DNA of 64,000 nt. Source: Octopus bimaculoides (taxonomy: Eukaryota). Shown here piece by piece: positions 1 to 13,146 of the stretch (its first letter is position 1; every line of letters starts with the position of its first letter). A program made the position numbers and the translations under genes. The notes under the pieces were generated by a model. That model had not been told where the DNA came from, searched no databases, and saw only the letters and a program-made list of their open reading frames with translations. Where the stretch lies: assembly GCF_001194135.2 (NCBI RefSeq), contig NC_068999.1, positions 51,656,758-51,720,757 of the forward strand, given 5' to 3'.

Positions 1-140
1 ACCGTTAAACAAGTAATTTCCTTTTGTTTAATGGTCATTTTTCACAGGAATTTTCAATGGCCGAATAACTGAAGAGATGGCGGCGTGGGCTCCCACCCCG
101 GCATCCGAAACTCGATTTTATCATGGCTACCGAATAAGTG

Positions 141-470
141 TCACATATACATAGATATATACATACATATATGCACACACAAATATATATACATACACAC
201 ACATACATGTACGTATATATACATAAATATATATATATACACATGTATATATACATACATGCATATATACATACATATACATATATATATATATATACAT
301 ACGTATATACATATATACATACATATACACACACACTCACATACCTATTGATATACATACACACATACTTGCTTATATATATTGTATACAGTTATATATG
401 CATACTTTCTGTATATGTATTATGTATGTGTATGTGTGCATGCATACACACACACACCTATATACACAAA
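141..470. repeat. Compound (TA)n/(CA)n/(TACA)n microsatellite field
   Basis: Directly visible. Similar fields at 840-1105, 7996-8210, 8678-8770, 31053-31170, 47830-48015 and 50795-50850. Confidence 0.95.
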
Positions 471-929
471 CAAATGAAAAAGAAGGAAAAAATAAATTCT
501 ATTCCAAATAGAAAATAAATTCTATTCCAACATGCGATGGGTGAAGGTTTGGTGAATGCCAATAACTATCACACTCGCACGCATACATGTTTACATAAAA
601 AACAACTGAAAGAAAACACTGGTAGACGAAATTAAACACTGTATATATTTAATACAACTAGTTAATAGTCTAGCCAGAGAACTGCAAGAAGCATTACAGC
701 AGTCGACCATCCCATGTTATGGACACCATAATCTGGTTTGGATAGAATAGAATGTGCACGCATGATATATGATATAGAATATACGGATTGTTATGTCGTT
801 ATCAAATATAAATTAAATTTGAGTTTGTATGCCATGTAACTTGATTACCATATATGTGTATATGTTTGTGTGTACACATGTGTGTGTGTGAGTGTATGTA
901 TGTATATATGTATATATACATATATATAG

Positions 930-964
<35 letters not shown>

Positions 965-1094
965 TATATATGTACACATGTATATAGGCACACACACACA
1001 CCTATATATATATATATATACACACACACATATGTACACACACACATATATATACATATACATATATATATATATATATATATACATATATATA

Positions 1095-1261
1095 TACATA
1101 TACAAACAAATAATCTAATCAGTCTGTGACAGTCATGAGGCCAAACATCCCTGAAAGTTTCATCCAAATCCATCCAATGGTTCTTGAGATATCTTGCCCA
1201 TGGACAAACAAACAAACAAACAAACAACTGAAAATAATACCTCCACCTTCACTAAGGCGGA

Positions 1262-1270
<9 letters not shown>
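1095..1270 (-). mobile_element. Helentron-associated (HINE/DINE-like) element end
   Basis: Terminal hairpin acctccacctt-cact-aaggcggaggt (1239-1264) next to a (CAAA)n microsatellite and ...ggatttggatgaaactttcagg..., an architecture I recognise from non-autonomous Helentrons. The other end is uncertain (possibly near 657). Confidence 0.5.
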
Positions 1271-1313
<43 letters not shown>

Positions 1314-1996
1314 GACAGGTAATCATGACTACAATGAAGTGATTTACACACACTCCAATGCAACACTCCTCCCAAAAACATACAGGAATAAACTCATACA
1401 GTAAATAATCAATAAAATGAACAAACCCCCACAACATGTGCCATAGAGGGCCAACACTCAACAGAAGAACACAAACTGCACAAATAAATAACACAATAAA
1501 AAAAAAACACTCAACAAACAATCATTAAATGACAAAATGTCATCAGCCTTTCTAACTACACACACACACACACACACAGACAGAGTTCTTCTGATGTTAC
1601 CGAATTATGCATCAGATCACATCACCAGATATTGAGTAAAGTACAGAGTACAAGAAAGGAAGGCGTGGACTTTCCCTCCCGACAGTCAATACTAAGAGAA
1701 TGGAGTAGACAAAGAAAACGAAAATAATAATAATAATGCACTTGCTGATAGCAAGAATGACGATGATAATGAAGATCGTTTAAGATACTCATACAGAATT
1801 ATGAAAAGAAATAAAAAGCCTTAACAATAAAATGTGCAACAGAAAGCTAACAGTCAAAAAGACAGGAAGCTATTTTCTTGAATCAACATCAACCATTATC
1901 TCTTTACTTAACTTAGCCAATCCGGAAACTAAGTTAACAAACAAACGAGTTTAGACATTTCTTTTCTTTTTTCACCATTGTCAATTATTTCAATAT

Positions 1997-2035
<39 letters not shown>

Positions 2036-2560
2036 TTTCTCTGATCTATTTATCTATCTTGTTTGTTGTGGACTAACTTACACCTAGTCAAATTGCCTTG
2101 ACTAACTTTTCTTATATATTCAACAAGACACAGGTTGCCATGGTTAATTTTCCTTCAAACAATATCAATTAGCGATCCGACCTGATTTCAGTTACAAGAG
2201 GAGTTTCACATTATCCTCTACTTATTCAAAAATAGTGGGGTTTTTTGAAACCACCACCACCATCAGCAGCAGCAGCATTTTTTATTCAATGACAGTAAAA
2301 ACAAGTTAATCATCCTTGTAATTATGATAATCAATGTGACATACATTGTTTCTAAAATGTCCGTTTGAATAAGTTTGCACTACTTTCGGCCTTCCATACA
2401 TCTCAGTTCCTTGTTCTGACAGCTCCAGTCCACTCTTGCATTGACACATTCACTCGCATTGCAGAAAACATTGTTTCATATACTACTATTGCTATTTAGC
2501 TCAGGGTCAGTCCAGATTGAGCAAGACAGGAATCAAAAATGTTTGAATAATTCTTATTAT

Positions 2561-2724
2561 GCGTAGGAGTGGCTGTGTGGTAAGTAGCTTGCTTACCAAC
2601 CACATGGTTCCAGGTTCAGTCCCACTGCGCAGCACCTTGGGCAAGTGTCTTCTACTATAGCCTTGGGCCGACCAAAGCCTTGTGAGTGGATTTGGTAGAC
2701 GGAAACTGAAAGAAGCCCGTCGTA

Positions 2725-2773
<49 letters not shown>

Positions 2774-2832
2774 TTGTCCCCCCAACATCACTTGACAACC
2801 GATGGTGGTGAGTTTACGTCTCNNNNNNNNNN

Positions 2833-2871
<39 letters not shown>

Positions 2872-3030
2872 TTGTCCCCCCAACATCACTTGACAACCGA
2901 TGGTGGTGAGTTTACGTCTCTGCAACTTAGCGGTTCGGCAAAAGAGACCGATAGAATAAGTACTAGGCTTACAAAGAATAAGTCCTGGAGTCGATTTGCT
3001 CGACTAAAGGCAGTGCTCCAGCATGGCTGG
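2561..3030 (+). mobile_element. tRNA-derived SINE family A (GGAGTGGCTGTGTGGTAAG head, internal microsatellite)
   Basis: The same consensus recurs at about 7420-7630(+), 10200-10435(-), 15985-16110(+), 16870-17115(-), 19740-20030(-), 25470-25670(+), 27020-27385(-), 35490-36135(-), 37700-38090(+), 45950-46080(+), 47510-47660(+) and 63185-63272(+). Confidence 0.88.
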
Positions 3031-3037
3031 CATGGAA

Positions 3038-3088
<51 letters not shown>

Positions 3089-3697
3089 CATGTGAGTACC
3101 TAATGATCTAATTCACAATTCTTACTCATATATGTAATAAATACAATTATTATAGACATACAGCGTAATTAGTGCTAACATTTCTAACTCAGGAATTTGG
3201 AGGAGACATTAGTAAGCTAATTAGAAACAATTATGCAGATTGATGGGAAAATAATATTAGCTGTTGTCCAATATTGTCGTAATTATTCCATGTCAGACAA
3301 CTACACATCATGTATTTGGCAGGCAAAAATTACACTTCCCTGTGTATGCTGAAGAAGTGATGGGCGAATCGCTAAGTAAACGTGCAAGAACATATACTGG
3401 CTGATGTAAATAACTGTTTCAAATTTTGGCACAAGGCCAGCAATTTTAGGGTAGGATTGGCCAGTCAATTACATCAAGGTTAGTACTTGATTTGTACTTT
3501 ATTTTACTCACCCCAAAAGGATGAAAGACAAAGTTGTCCTTGGCAGTATTTGAACTCAGAATGCAAAGAGCCAGATGACCTGCTTGCTAAGCATTTTACC
3601 CAGTATGCTAATGATTGTGTCCGCTTGCTGGTTTGTGCAAATAATGCAAACTCTATACTCTAAGTGCAAAACAATTGTGTTTTTAAAGCCCACGTAC

Positions 3698-3913
3698 CTT
3701 CTTGAAAACTCTCCCATTCTGTTGCACCTCGTCCTCGACACTGAGGACTTCGCGTGTTCCTAGACATGGTCTTGGTCCATAAAGCTTCACAGCTCGACAG
3801 AACAAATCGTCAACAGTGACACACTCATCCTGAAACAAAGCTGTTGTCAACTCTCCACCAGGACAATCCACAGATCGGTAAGGAGAGTCAGGTGTGCCAT
3901 GGACTGATCTAGC
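3698..3913 (-). CDS. ACSL4: ACSL3/4 second coding exon (72 codons); gene continues left of the window
   Basis: ARSVHGTPDSPYRSVDCPGGELTTALFQDECVTVDDLFCRAVKLYGPRPCLGTREVLSVEDEVQQNGRVFKK matches ACSL4 PGSPYRSV...[40 protein letters not shown]. Acceptor tttttaaatccag|, donor AAG|gtacgt, phase 0/0, joining in frame to the 5500 exon. Confidence 0.95.
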
Positions 3914-5499
3914 CTGGATTTAAAAATATAAAAAAAAAAGCATTCATTAGATTAACTTGTCAGGTTATGAATTTTGAACATTATTTTAATAATAATAATA
4001 ATAATAATAACACTGTGTAACACGATTTTTGTCCTTGGGTAGCAACTGTTATTTTTTATTTGCTTACCCCTAGAAAGTATGAAAAATGGCTAATATTTCC
4101 TTCAAACTTTGTTTGCATTACATTTATTCAAACCCCATGGAATCCCTCTCAACACATGGCTATGATGCTCATCATCCTGCTCATCATCAGATGCACATAT
4201 TGTCAGCCCCTAAGGGACGTGCCCAAGTGGTTATGGTCAAGCAACTGACAAGCAAATCTGTGGTATTGAGCAGAATATTTTCTATAACAATATTTCTGCT
4301 TCAGCAACTCAGTACTGAATCTGTCTGAAATGTTATGGAAAACAGGTCAGTTTGAAAACCTTGATGTTCAGGTCACAAAAGCAAAGTTTGAAGGGAATAG
4401 TAGTCATTTCCTTTGATTTCTAGACAGAAGCAAATAGGAAAAACACTTACCGACCAAAGACAAGAAAAAAATTAAAATGTAATAATAATAATGAGGATGG
4501 TGATGCTGGAAGAGGGTGAAACTGAAAGCTAAGTAGTATCATTACTGCTTCTATCATGGCCAGCATCTACATGGGACTTGAACTCAAAACCACAAGATAA
4601 CAAAGTACTTAACAATGATACAGTCTTCTCACTTGGTCAGAACAACGAGCAATTCTACTGCACAGTAGCTTATTACAGCTAGTTAGACTGGACCACTGAG
4701 AATTAAATGTCCTGGTTTTAAGGACTCAACGAAGTTGCTACATGCAGGATTTAAACTGCGTATATTGTCCAGTGCCAACATAGCCAGCTGTTGCAGCTCC
4801 TTTGGATAGTACATACATTCACGTGTACATTGTGTGTGTTATTTACTGAAGATATAAATTATATGGACCTACTAACACAGCATGCTACCTTAGTCTGCTT
4901 GAGCCTAAGTCAGCAGGGAACAGTGGTTGTAAAATGATTCTCTCTCTCTCTCTCACACACACACACATCCGTGCATGTATATATATATATGTCATTATCA
5001 TCATCATCATTTAACGTCCGCTCTCCATGTTGGCATGAGTCGGACTGTTCGACATGGAGCTGGCTAGCAGGGAGCTGTCCAGACTCCAACTGTCTATTGT
5101 GGTATGGTTTCTATGGCTGAATGTCCTTCCTAGTGCCAACCACTTAACAGCATGTGCTGAGTGCTTTTTTACATACCACCAGCATGGGTGCATTTATACA
5201 GCACCAGCACAGATGCACTAAGATAGCACCGGCACAGGTGCTTTTTAAGTGGCACCAGCACCTGAATGGACAAGCCTATATGTGTGAAAGACAGCAATTT
5301 TACTTAGCTTGACATGTCTCATCAAGTACAGCAAATTGCCACATTTCCTGGTCCCTTGTCATTTCCTCATGTGCATTTATATGCCCACAATGAGTGCCTG
5401 GTTTAGAAACATGGCTGTTGTAAGCCCACCACCACCACCACAACACTTCAAACTTAAACTAGGATAATCACAATACTATAAGAAATACTCAAAGCCTAC

Positions 5500-5634
5500 C
5501 TTGATCCTGCTGGAAGCCTTTAACTTCTCTGCAGGCTTGCACACTAGATAGTATGGAATGAATGTCACCACACCATAGAGATGAACAATGGCCTTGAAGA
5601 AGCCAAAAATTATGGAGAAGAAAACGTCATTCAT
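5500..5634 (-). CDS. ACSL4: Long-chain-fatty-acid--CoA ligase (ACSL3/ACSL4 family), first coding exon
   Basis: My translation from ATG 5634: MNDVFFSIIFGFFKAIVHLYGVVTFIPYYLVCKPAEKLKASSRIK (45 codons), resembling the ACSL3/4 hydrophobic N-terminus (human ACSL4 ...IYSALIFIPWYFLTNAKKKNAMAKRIK). Acceptor ttttcttttcttttcag| with the exon starting at 5656 (22 nt of UTR), donor AAG|gtaggc at 5499, phase 0. ACSL3 versus ACSL4 cannot be separated from this fragment. Confidence 0.9.
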
Positions 5635-5899
5635 CTCATTGCTAAAAGTAACACACCTGAAAAGAAAAGAAAAGATGATTAGTGAAAGGTGTCTTATTAA
5701 GACATGCAGTTACTAAGTGAGCAACTGCTCACCCTGCTACACGTGAGGCTTCTTAACTTAGACATAAAGCCACATATTTTAAGGGAGGAAAGAGTCAACT
5801 GGTCCCAATACTTAATGGGTACTTATTTTATCAATTCTGTAAAAGTATAAAAGACATTAATGACTCTAGTGGGATTTGAACTCAGAATGCTAAATGACA

Positions 5900-6150
5900 T
5901 AATAATTGGTGCATTAGAAACTGTAAGCAAAGATACAGACAAATGGTTGAAGGAGGTTGGGAAAGAATGTCCTGTAGAGCTTCTACAGAAAGTTTACCTC
6001 TTAGGGGCAGGAATGATTATCAAGAGGGTTTTAAGCACTTGAAAAACTATTGGGAGATTGTGAATACCTAAGGTCACAGGTAGTAACTCGCTACCTACAT
6101 AGATTCTACTAGGAATAGAAACGCACCTAATAATGATAATAATAATAACA
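5900..6150 (+). mobile_element. R4/Dong-clade non-LTR retrotransposon 3' end
   Basis: IIIGALETVSKDTDKWLKEVGKECPVELLQKVYLLGAGMIIKRVLST* resembles the R4/Dong C-terminal IGALGTV...LQK..LLGT..IIR motif and is followed by a (TAA)n tract. Confidence 0.7.
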
Positions 6151-7994
6151 CTTTCTACTCTAGGCACAAGGTCTGAAATTTTGAGGTGGAGAGCAGGGGC
6201 TAGATAATTACATCAACTCCAGAGCTTGACTGGTACGTATTTTATCAACCCTGAAAGGATGAAAGGCAAATTCGACCTTGGAATTTGAGCTCGAAATGTA
6301 AAGAGGGAGTGCTACTAACCCCTTTACCTTGTTCAGCAGTGATTCAGTCAGCTCACTGGCTTAATAATAATGATAATAATAATAATAAAGATGATGATGA
6401 TGATTCATTTTACTACCACAAGGATGATGGATGAAGGACATCAGAACAAACTACGGAAAAATGCCGAGTATTACATCAAGCATGAAAAGTAAAATGATAA
6501 ATGGAAGCAAACTGGCAAATAAATAATACGACCACATGAAAAGAGACTTGTATTTATAATCAACTAAAAGCTTTATGGCAACAGTTCAAAGACTGAAACT
6601 AGTAAAATAATAGAAATGGGGTGGGTGGAAGGGTGGCATATATGTGTAAAAGTCTGTGTGCAAGCGCACATGATACTGCAGATGTAAATGGTACAACAAA
6701 ACAAAGTAATCATTATATTTGTAGAGTCAATACACATAAAAGTGTAGAAAAGGAGATGTAGTTTGGTTTCTTGGGTTAAGGTGTGTGAAAATTTTATTGT
6801 TATGTTTGGGTGGCACACACTGTTTCTAGCACTCAGTTTCACTGATGTGGGCAGGTCTTCTCTAGAACCTCATAGTGCCAAACATCTTGGTCTATTGCCA
6901 TATCTGAATAAAAATTTTATACTAAAATTAACAAAAATATGTTTGCACATTCCTTATTAAAATCAAGGCAGAAGGTTGTCTTACATATATCCATAGGTCC
7001 TCTATGCTCTCAAATGCAATAACTTGATTTTTAAAGGTCAAACATGCCATACAAATGTAATGACTATCTCATATAAAAGGGTATTCATGTATTTTTTTAT
7101 TGCATATAATAATTATATCATATAATAACAATGGGACTATATGGCCTCTATCATCCAGTTTTACTTGACTGCTGAATAATCTTCACTAAACAATTGATGA
7201 TTTAAGTTCAGGGTATATCTATGTGTACCAAGCTAATCAGTGGCAAGTTCTACTTAAGTAGCTGGCGAAAGAACATTCCTATCCACGTATGTTGCTACCT
7301 GGAGAACAGAAAATTTCAGCCACTTCAGCTAATTTTCAACACACACACACATCTAGTTGAAGTGTAATATCACCAAACCCTTCTACTCTCTAAATTCAAA
7401 AACCCCAAATGCAATGTGTGTGTATGTGTGCGCGTCCCCCCCCCCCACTGCTTGACAAGCAGTGCTGGTGTCTTTACATCCTCATAACTTAGCAGTTTGG
7501 CAAAAGACACTGATAGAATAAGTACCAGACGTTTAGAAAAGAAGAGTATAGGAGTCAATTCATTTGACTAAAAGTTTTTCAAGGCAGTACACCAGCATGG
7601 CCACAACTAATGACTGAAACAAGTTAAAGAAAGGTAAATTAATAGAACACACGGGGAAAATAGGTTTCATTCCAAGACACCAATCTTTTCTCCTAACTTA
7701 CCCAAATAACACTTCCGAACAGNNNNNNNNNNNNNNNNNNNNNNNNNNNNNNNNNNNNNNNNNNNNNNNNNNNNNNNNNNNNNNNNNNNNNNNNNNNNNN
7801 NNNNNNNNNNNNNNNNNNNNNNNNNNNNNNNNNNNNNNNNNNNNNNNNNNNNNNNNNNNNNNNNNNNNNNNNNNNNNNNNNNNNNNNNNNNNNNNNNNNN
7901 NNNNNNNNNNNNNNNNNNNNNNNNNNNNNNNNNNNNNNNNNNNNNNNNNNNNNNNNNNNNNNNNNNNNNNNNNNNNNNNNNNNNNNNNNNNNNN

Positions 7995-8036
<42 letters not shown>

Positions 8037-8118
8037 GCTCTCTCCCTGTTTCTTTCTATATATATATATATATATATATAGAAAGAGAGAGAGGGAGAGA
8101 GATGTGTATATGTGTGTG

Positions 8119-8200
<82 letters not shown>

Positions 8201-8676
8201 TGTATGTATGCAAATAAAAGTCCAACTGAGAGAGTAGGACAAATAAAATCCAAGTTACACAGGTTCCGTTGCTATCAGATCCTCGGATGTAATAATTACC
8301 CAACAAGGAGTATCCATCTAACTACTTACCAGGCCAAAGATACCTTAATTATATGAAGGTTACATTGTCGTTTGGGAATCCAAGGACTCCTCATTGAATA
8401 ATTATTATTACATCAGAGGACCTGCTAGCTAGGAAACATATGCAGTCTGGAGTTTACCCTGTTCCACTCCCTCAATTTCGATTTTTATTTGCACTCATAG
8501 CAACTCTAATTGATAACTATAAATTTCTTCAGCTTATCAAACTTCAATATGGGGAAAAAACCTACAACCTACGACGCCAATAAATTATTGTTCCTGAATG
8601 ATGTTTTTTATACCTATAAGGATCGCTTGAAGCTTACAAACTTCTTGCACTTAAATCCTTGGATCTTAACAATTAC

Positions 8677-8735
<59 letters not shown>

Positions 8736-9369
8736 GGTATGTATGTATGTATGTATGTATGTATGTATGTATTTATTTCATAGCAAGGATAAGATGTCTG
8801 ATGAGTAAAACACATCCACCCAAAAAGTCTATCAATCTATCTTCTTAATTTATCAAAATGGAGTTTATACTTTGATAAGGGAAACTATTTTTCTTCTTGT
8901 CATCTTTTGTTTCTTTGTTGGGTTTTTTTTTAAATATATATTCTTTGATAGTTTCTTTTTTTTTTTTTTTTNNNNNNNNNNNNNNNNNNNNNNNNNNNNN
9001 NNNNNNNNNNNNNNNNNNNNNNNNNNNNNNNNNNNNNNNNNNNNNNNNNNNNNNNNNNNNNNNNNNNNNNNNNNNNNNNNNNNNNNNNNNNNNNNNNNNN
9101 NNNNNNNNNNNNNNNNNNNNNNNNNNNNNNNNNNNNNNNNNNNNNNNNNNNNNNNNNNNNNNNNNNNNNNNNNNNNNNNNNNNNNNNNNNNNNNNNNNNN
9201 NNNNNNNNNNNNNNNNNNNNNNNNNNNNNNNNNNNNNNNNNNNNNNNNNNNNNNNNNNNNNNNNNNNNNNNNNNNNNNNNNNNNNNNNNNNNNNNNNNNN
9301 NNNNNNNNNNNNNNNNNNNNNNNNNNNNNNNNNNNNNNNNNNNNNNNNNNNNNNNNNNNNNNNNNNNNN

Positions 9370-9417
<48 letters not shown>

Positions 9418-10450
9418 AGCATGAAAAACAAACATATGATGGCGGCGGTGCGGTGGCAGTGGTGATGTGAGGATGAAGGGGAGGAGGATATGCATATATA
9501 TACATGCAGGTACCACATAAAAAGTACTCAGTACACTGCGTAAAGTGGTTGGTATTAGGGAGAACATCCAGCCATAGAAACCAAGCCAGGAAAAAAATAA
9601 TGGAGCCTGGTGAAGCCCTCTGGCTCGCCAACTCTTGTCGAACTGTCCAGCCCATGCCAGCATGGAAAACTGATATTAAATGATGATGGATGGATGGATG
9701 GATGGATGGATGTAAATATATGTGACTGTGTATGTTTGTCTCCTTGCTGTGAATGAGAGACACTCTCATACAAGCAGTGTCACTCATTCCCAATATTCTG
9801 CAAAAACGTTTTTTGGCTATGGGGAAATATTACTTTACTTGGAAACAAGTTGCAGGTTAGTGACAGGAAGGGCATCCATCTGTGGTAGAAAAGCCTCTTC
9901 AATAAACTCCTTTGAACCCATGCAGACATGGAAAAGTGGATATTAAAATGATGAAGAAAACGATGATGATATGCATGCCTTTCCTAATAGAGAGGCATGC
10001 AAAAAGATTCTCAAGTAAAAGCGGAGTATCAAAAGCTGAGTATCAAAAGCGGAGTATCAAAAGCTGAGTACCCAATTCAGAAACACATCAACTGACTTTA
10101 AAATAAAAGGTTTCAAATTTTAGCACAAGGCAGGCAATTTTAGGGGAGATGATATTTTGTCTGACACACTGACGATTCTGCCAGTTCACAGACTTAATGG
10201 TCTTCTGCCTTTCATCTTTTATTTGTTTCAATTGTGAAACTGTGGCCATGCAAGAGTATCACCCTGAAGAATCTTTAATCAAATAAATCCATCCCAGTAT
10301 TTTTTTCTTAAAGCCTGGTATATATTTTATCAGTTTCTTTTGCCAAACCACTAAGTTACAGGAAGGTAAACACACCAACACCGGTTGTCAAGTAGTGGTG
10401 GGGCACAAACACAGACACAAACACATATACATACACACTGCTATATATAG

Positions 10451-10797
10451 AGTAAAGACCCCATTTGGTTATGAATGACCATAGGATGCACCTAAAAAGC
10501 TCCCCTCTGAGACACATGTCTGGGCAAGGTAGTTTTTTTTATGGAAGACTAGTAGTCGCCCATACATACCAGCCTCCCCTCTCCACACCACCAATGTCAT
10601 ACAAGAGAAAAGAAAAGGCCGATACAGCTTGGCACCAGTGACGTCGCAACTCATTTCTACAGCTGAGTGAAGTGGAGCAACATGAAATAGAGTGTCTTGC
10701 TCAAGAACACAACACGCAGCCCAGTCCAGTCCAGGAATCAAAATCACTACCTCGTGATTGTGAGCTCAACGCTCTAACCACTGAGCCATGTGCCTTC
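10451..10797 (-). mobile_element. tRNA-derived SINE family E (CORE/V-like TTGAGCAAGACAC domain)
   Basis: Head GGCACATGGCTCAGTGGTTAGAGC. Second copy at 23651-23970(+); partial at about 33535-33625(+). Confidence 0.85.
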
Positions 10798-12311
10798 ACA
10801 CACACACACACACACACACAAAGGAGAAAGAGGACATCTATGAACCACTGATAAGGAGTTTCCAAATCCAGCACCCAAAATACACTTTCAGCTTCGTATT
10901 TATTTGCTGCAAATAAGTATGAACACAAATAAAAATAATACTGAATAATGACAGACAGACAGGCAGGCAGGCAGACTTTACACATGAGAATACATACACA
11001 ACCCAAAACTTGTGAAGTGATCAAATTCTGGTGCAGGTCAAGGCCTGTGAAGAGATGGATTGCAAAATTTTCTAAGACACATTGACACTATGTAAGTATA
11101 AACATTATCCCACTCATGATATCTGATGCAATGTTTGGTAAGAATCAAACTATGGCACAGCACTCCTTATAAAACCAAAACCACTCCCAAGAAGTTATAT
11201 TATGAATGTGTATATATTACAATCAATGCAGCTACTCTTGAGTTTCCATAGTGCACTGTTGTTTCTTCTGACAAGTTATATATACATCTGTCTGTCCCCA
11301 TGTATGCATGTATGTACATAGATATGTATTCTGTGTGTATGCTATATATATATATATATATATTTTTTTTTTATTATATGTATTTATTTTAGTTGGAGTT
11401 ATGAACTCTTTTTCAACAGGAAGTTTATGTCAACAGACAAAAACATTTGTCTCCCCTTACACACAGCTTGTTTTGACACCACACTTCCTGCTTAACACAA
11501 ACTTTTAACCCTTTTTTTAAACCTAACACAACTCTCAATTCTCATGCATCCTTATTTTTCCAACCATTATATATATGAACTACCCTTGAACTTCAAAAGC
11601 TCAAAGACAATATAATGTATTGGTATTGTTATTTTTTTATATATTATTTTCTTCATTTTGTACTTCTTTGTAAAAAACATTTTCATTCATCTTCCTCTTG
11701 AAAATTTGCTTTGCAATGAAAGCCGCTTAGAAATCTTTATTAAAATATGCTTCCAATTTAGCATTCTGCCTTATTCTTCATTTTCCTATATATATATATA
11801 TATATATCATCATCATCATCATCATCATCGTTTAACGTCCGCTTTCCATGCTAGCATGGGTTGGACGATTTGACTGAGGACTGGTGAAACCGGATGGCAA
11901 CACCAGGCTCCAGTCTGATTTGGCAGAGTTTCTACAGCTGGATGCCCTTCCTAANNNNNNNNNNNNNNNNNNNNNNNNNNNNNNNNNNNNNNNNNNNNNN
12001 NNNNNNNNNNNNNNNNNNNNNNNNNNNNNNNNNNNNNNNNNNNNNNNNNNNNNNNNNNNNNNNNNNNNNNNNNNNNNNNNNNNNNNNNNNNNNNNNNNNN
12101 NNNNNNNNNNNNNNNNNNNNNNNNNNNNGAACCAGTCCAGGGGCAGCTGCATTGATTGTAATATATACACATTCATAATATAACTTCTTGGGAGTGGTTT
12201 TGGTTTTATAAGGAGTGCTGTGCCATAGTTTGATTCTTACCAAACATTGCATCAGATATCATGAGTGGGATAATGTTTATACTTACATAGTGTCAATGTG
12301 TCTTAGAAAAT

Positions 12312-12343
<32 letters not shown>

Positions 12344-12750
12344 TATATATATATATAAATATATATATATATATTGATGATTTGCTTTGCGCACTCTCAA
12401 GAGCTTCTACTATAGGTGAATTTTCGTTATCTGCAATATCATATAAGATAGAATGAATGGTTAGCATGGTTAGCATAGACCATTGTTTCTCATAGAGGTG
12501 GGATGAACCTGTGAGGACTAATAAACAGGATATGCAAATTTCCATATTCTCAAAATGGTACAAAAATAAAGTTTTATTCAGTTGTAGAACTTCTAGCTTA
12601 GAACACAAAGAGGGAGAGAAAAGAAAAAAACTGGGAGAGAAACAGGCAAACAGGAATAAGATGAGATAAGAATTAAAGCAGAGAATTAGATAATTTTGTC
12701 CTACAAGACACAACACCTGAAATTTGGGCAACCAGGGTTGGTGGTTAGTC

Positions 12751-12980
12751 TTAATTCTTTAGCATTTAAACTGGCCATATCCAACCAAAATATTCTACCT
12801 GTTTAATGCTCAAAGCAGCCAGATCCAGCCGTTTACACCTACTTTATACAATGTCGTTCTAAAAATTAACACTTATATCATCAATACCTTGAAGTTGCAA
12901 GATAATGCATGATTAATTCAAAACAATGTGAATAAATAAGCTTTGAATTTGGCAGCGTAATCTGAATACTAAAGGGTTAA
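12751..12980. mobile_element. piggyBac-type MITE (second family)
   Basis: ttaa-ttctttagcatt...aatactaaaggg-ttaa. The 3' half of the same family recurs at about 19570-19680. Confidence 0.7.
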
Positions 12981-13146
12981 ACTGACCCCAGTTCTTGACT
13001 GACACACTATCTTATCAACCCTGGTGGGATGAAAGGTAGAGAAAACCTCAGCAGGATATGAACTCAGATTGCAAAGAACTGAAATAAATACCTCAAGACA
13101 TTCTCTTTGACGCTTTAATGGTCTTACCAGTCCTAACGATCTAAAG

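Noticed and set aside
35-1227. Long YIYI/CVCV/HTHT ORFs here and at 7.7-9.8, 30.5-31.2, 35.4-36.1 and 47.7-49.1 kb
   Set aside because: They are translations of (TA)n/(CA)n microsatellites and N-gaps.
2340-2480. Candidate next ACSL exon (expected LILG.Y.W…ETRAEW)
   Set aside because: No frame matches; the next exon must lie left of position 1 or was not recognisable.
2753-2925. Exact ~60-bp direct repeat on either side of a 10-N gap
   Set aside because: Typical contig-overlap artefact at a scaffold join.
3683-3871. ORF-track start 'MDCPGG' as an ACSL start codon
   Set aside because: The codon is GTG (Val) in the middle of an exon; the exon runs 3913-3698 with canonical splice sites.
7180-7320. 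Minus-strand acceptor ttttctgttctccag|gtagc at 7299
   Set aside because: Short pyrimidine tract, weak AG|GT donor match and no good downstream donor.
8240-8660. Possible LINE RT fragment / 112-aa ORF
   Set aside because: Only a vague resemblance to the QGCPLSP region, and the ORF runs into (TA)n; not supportable.
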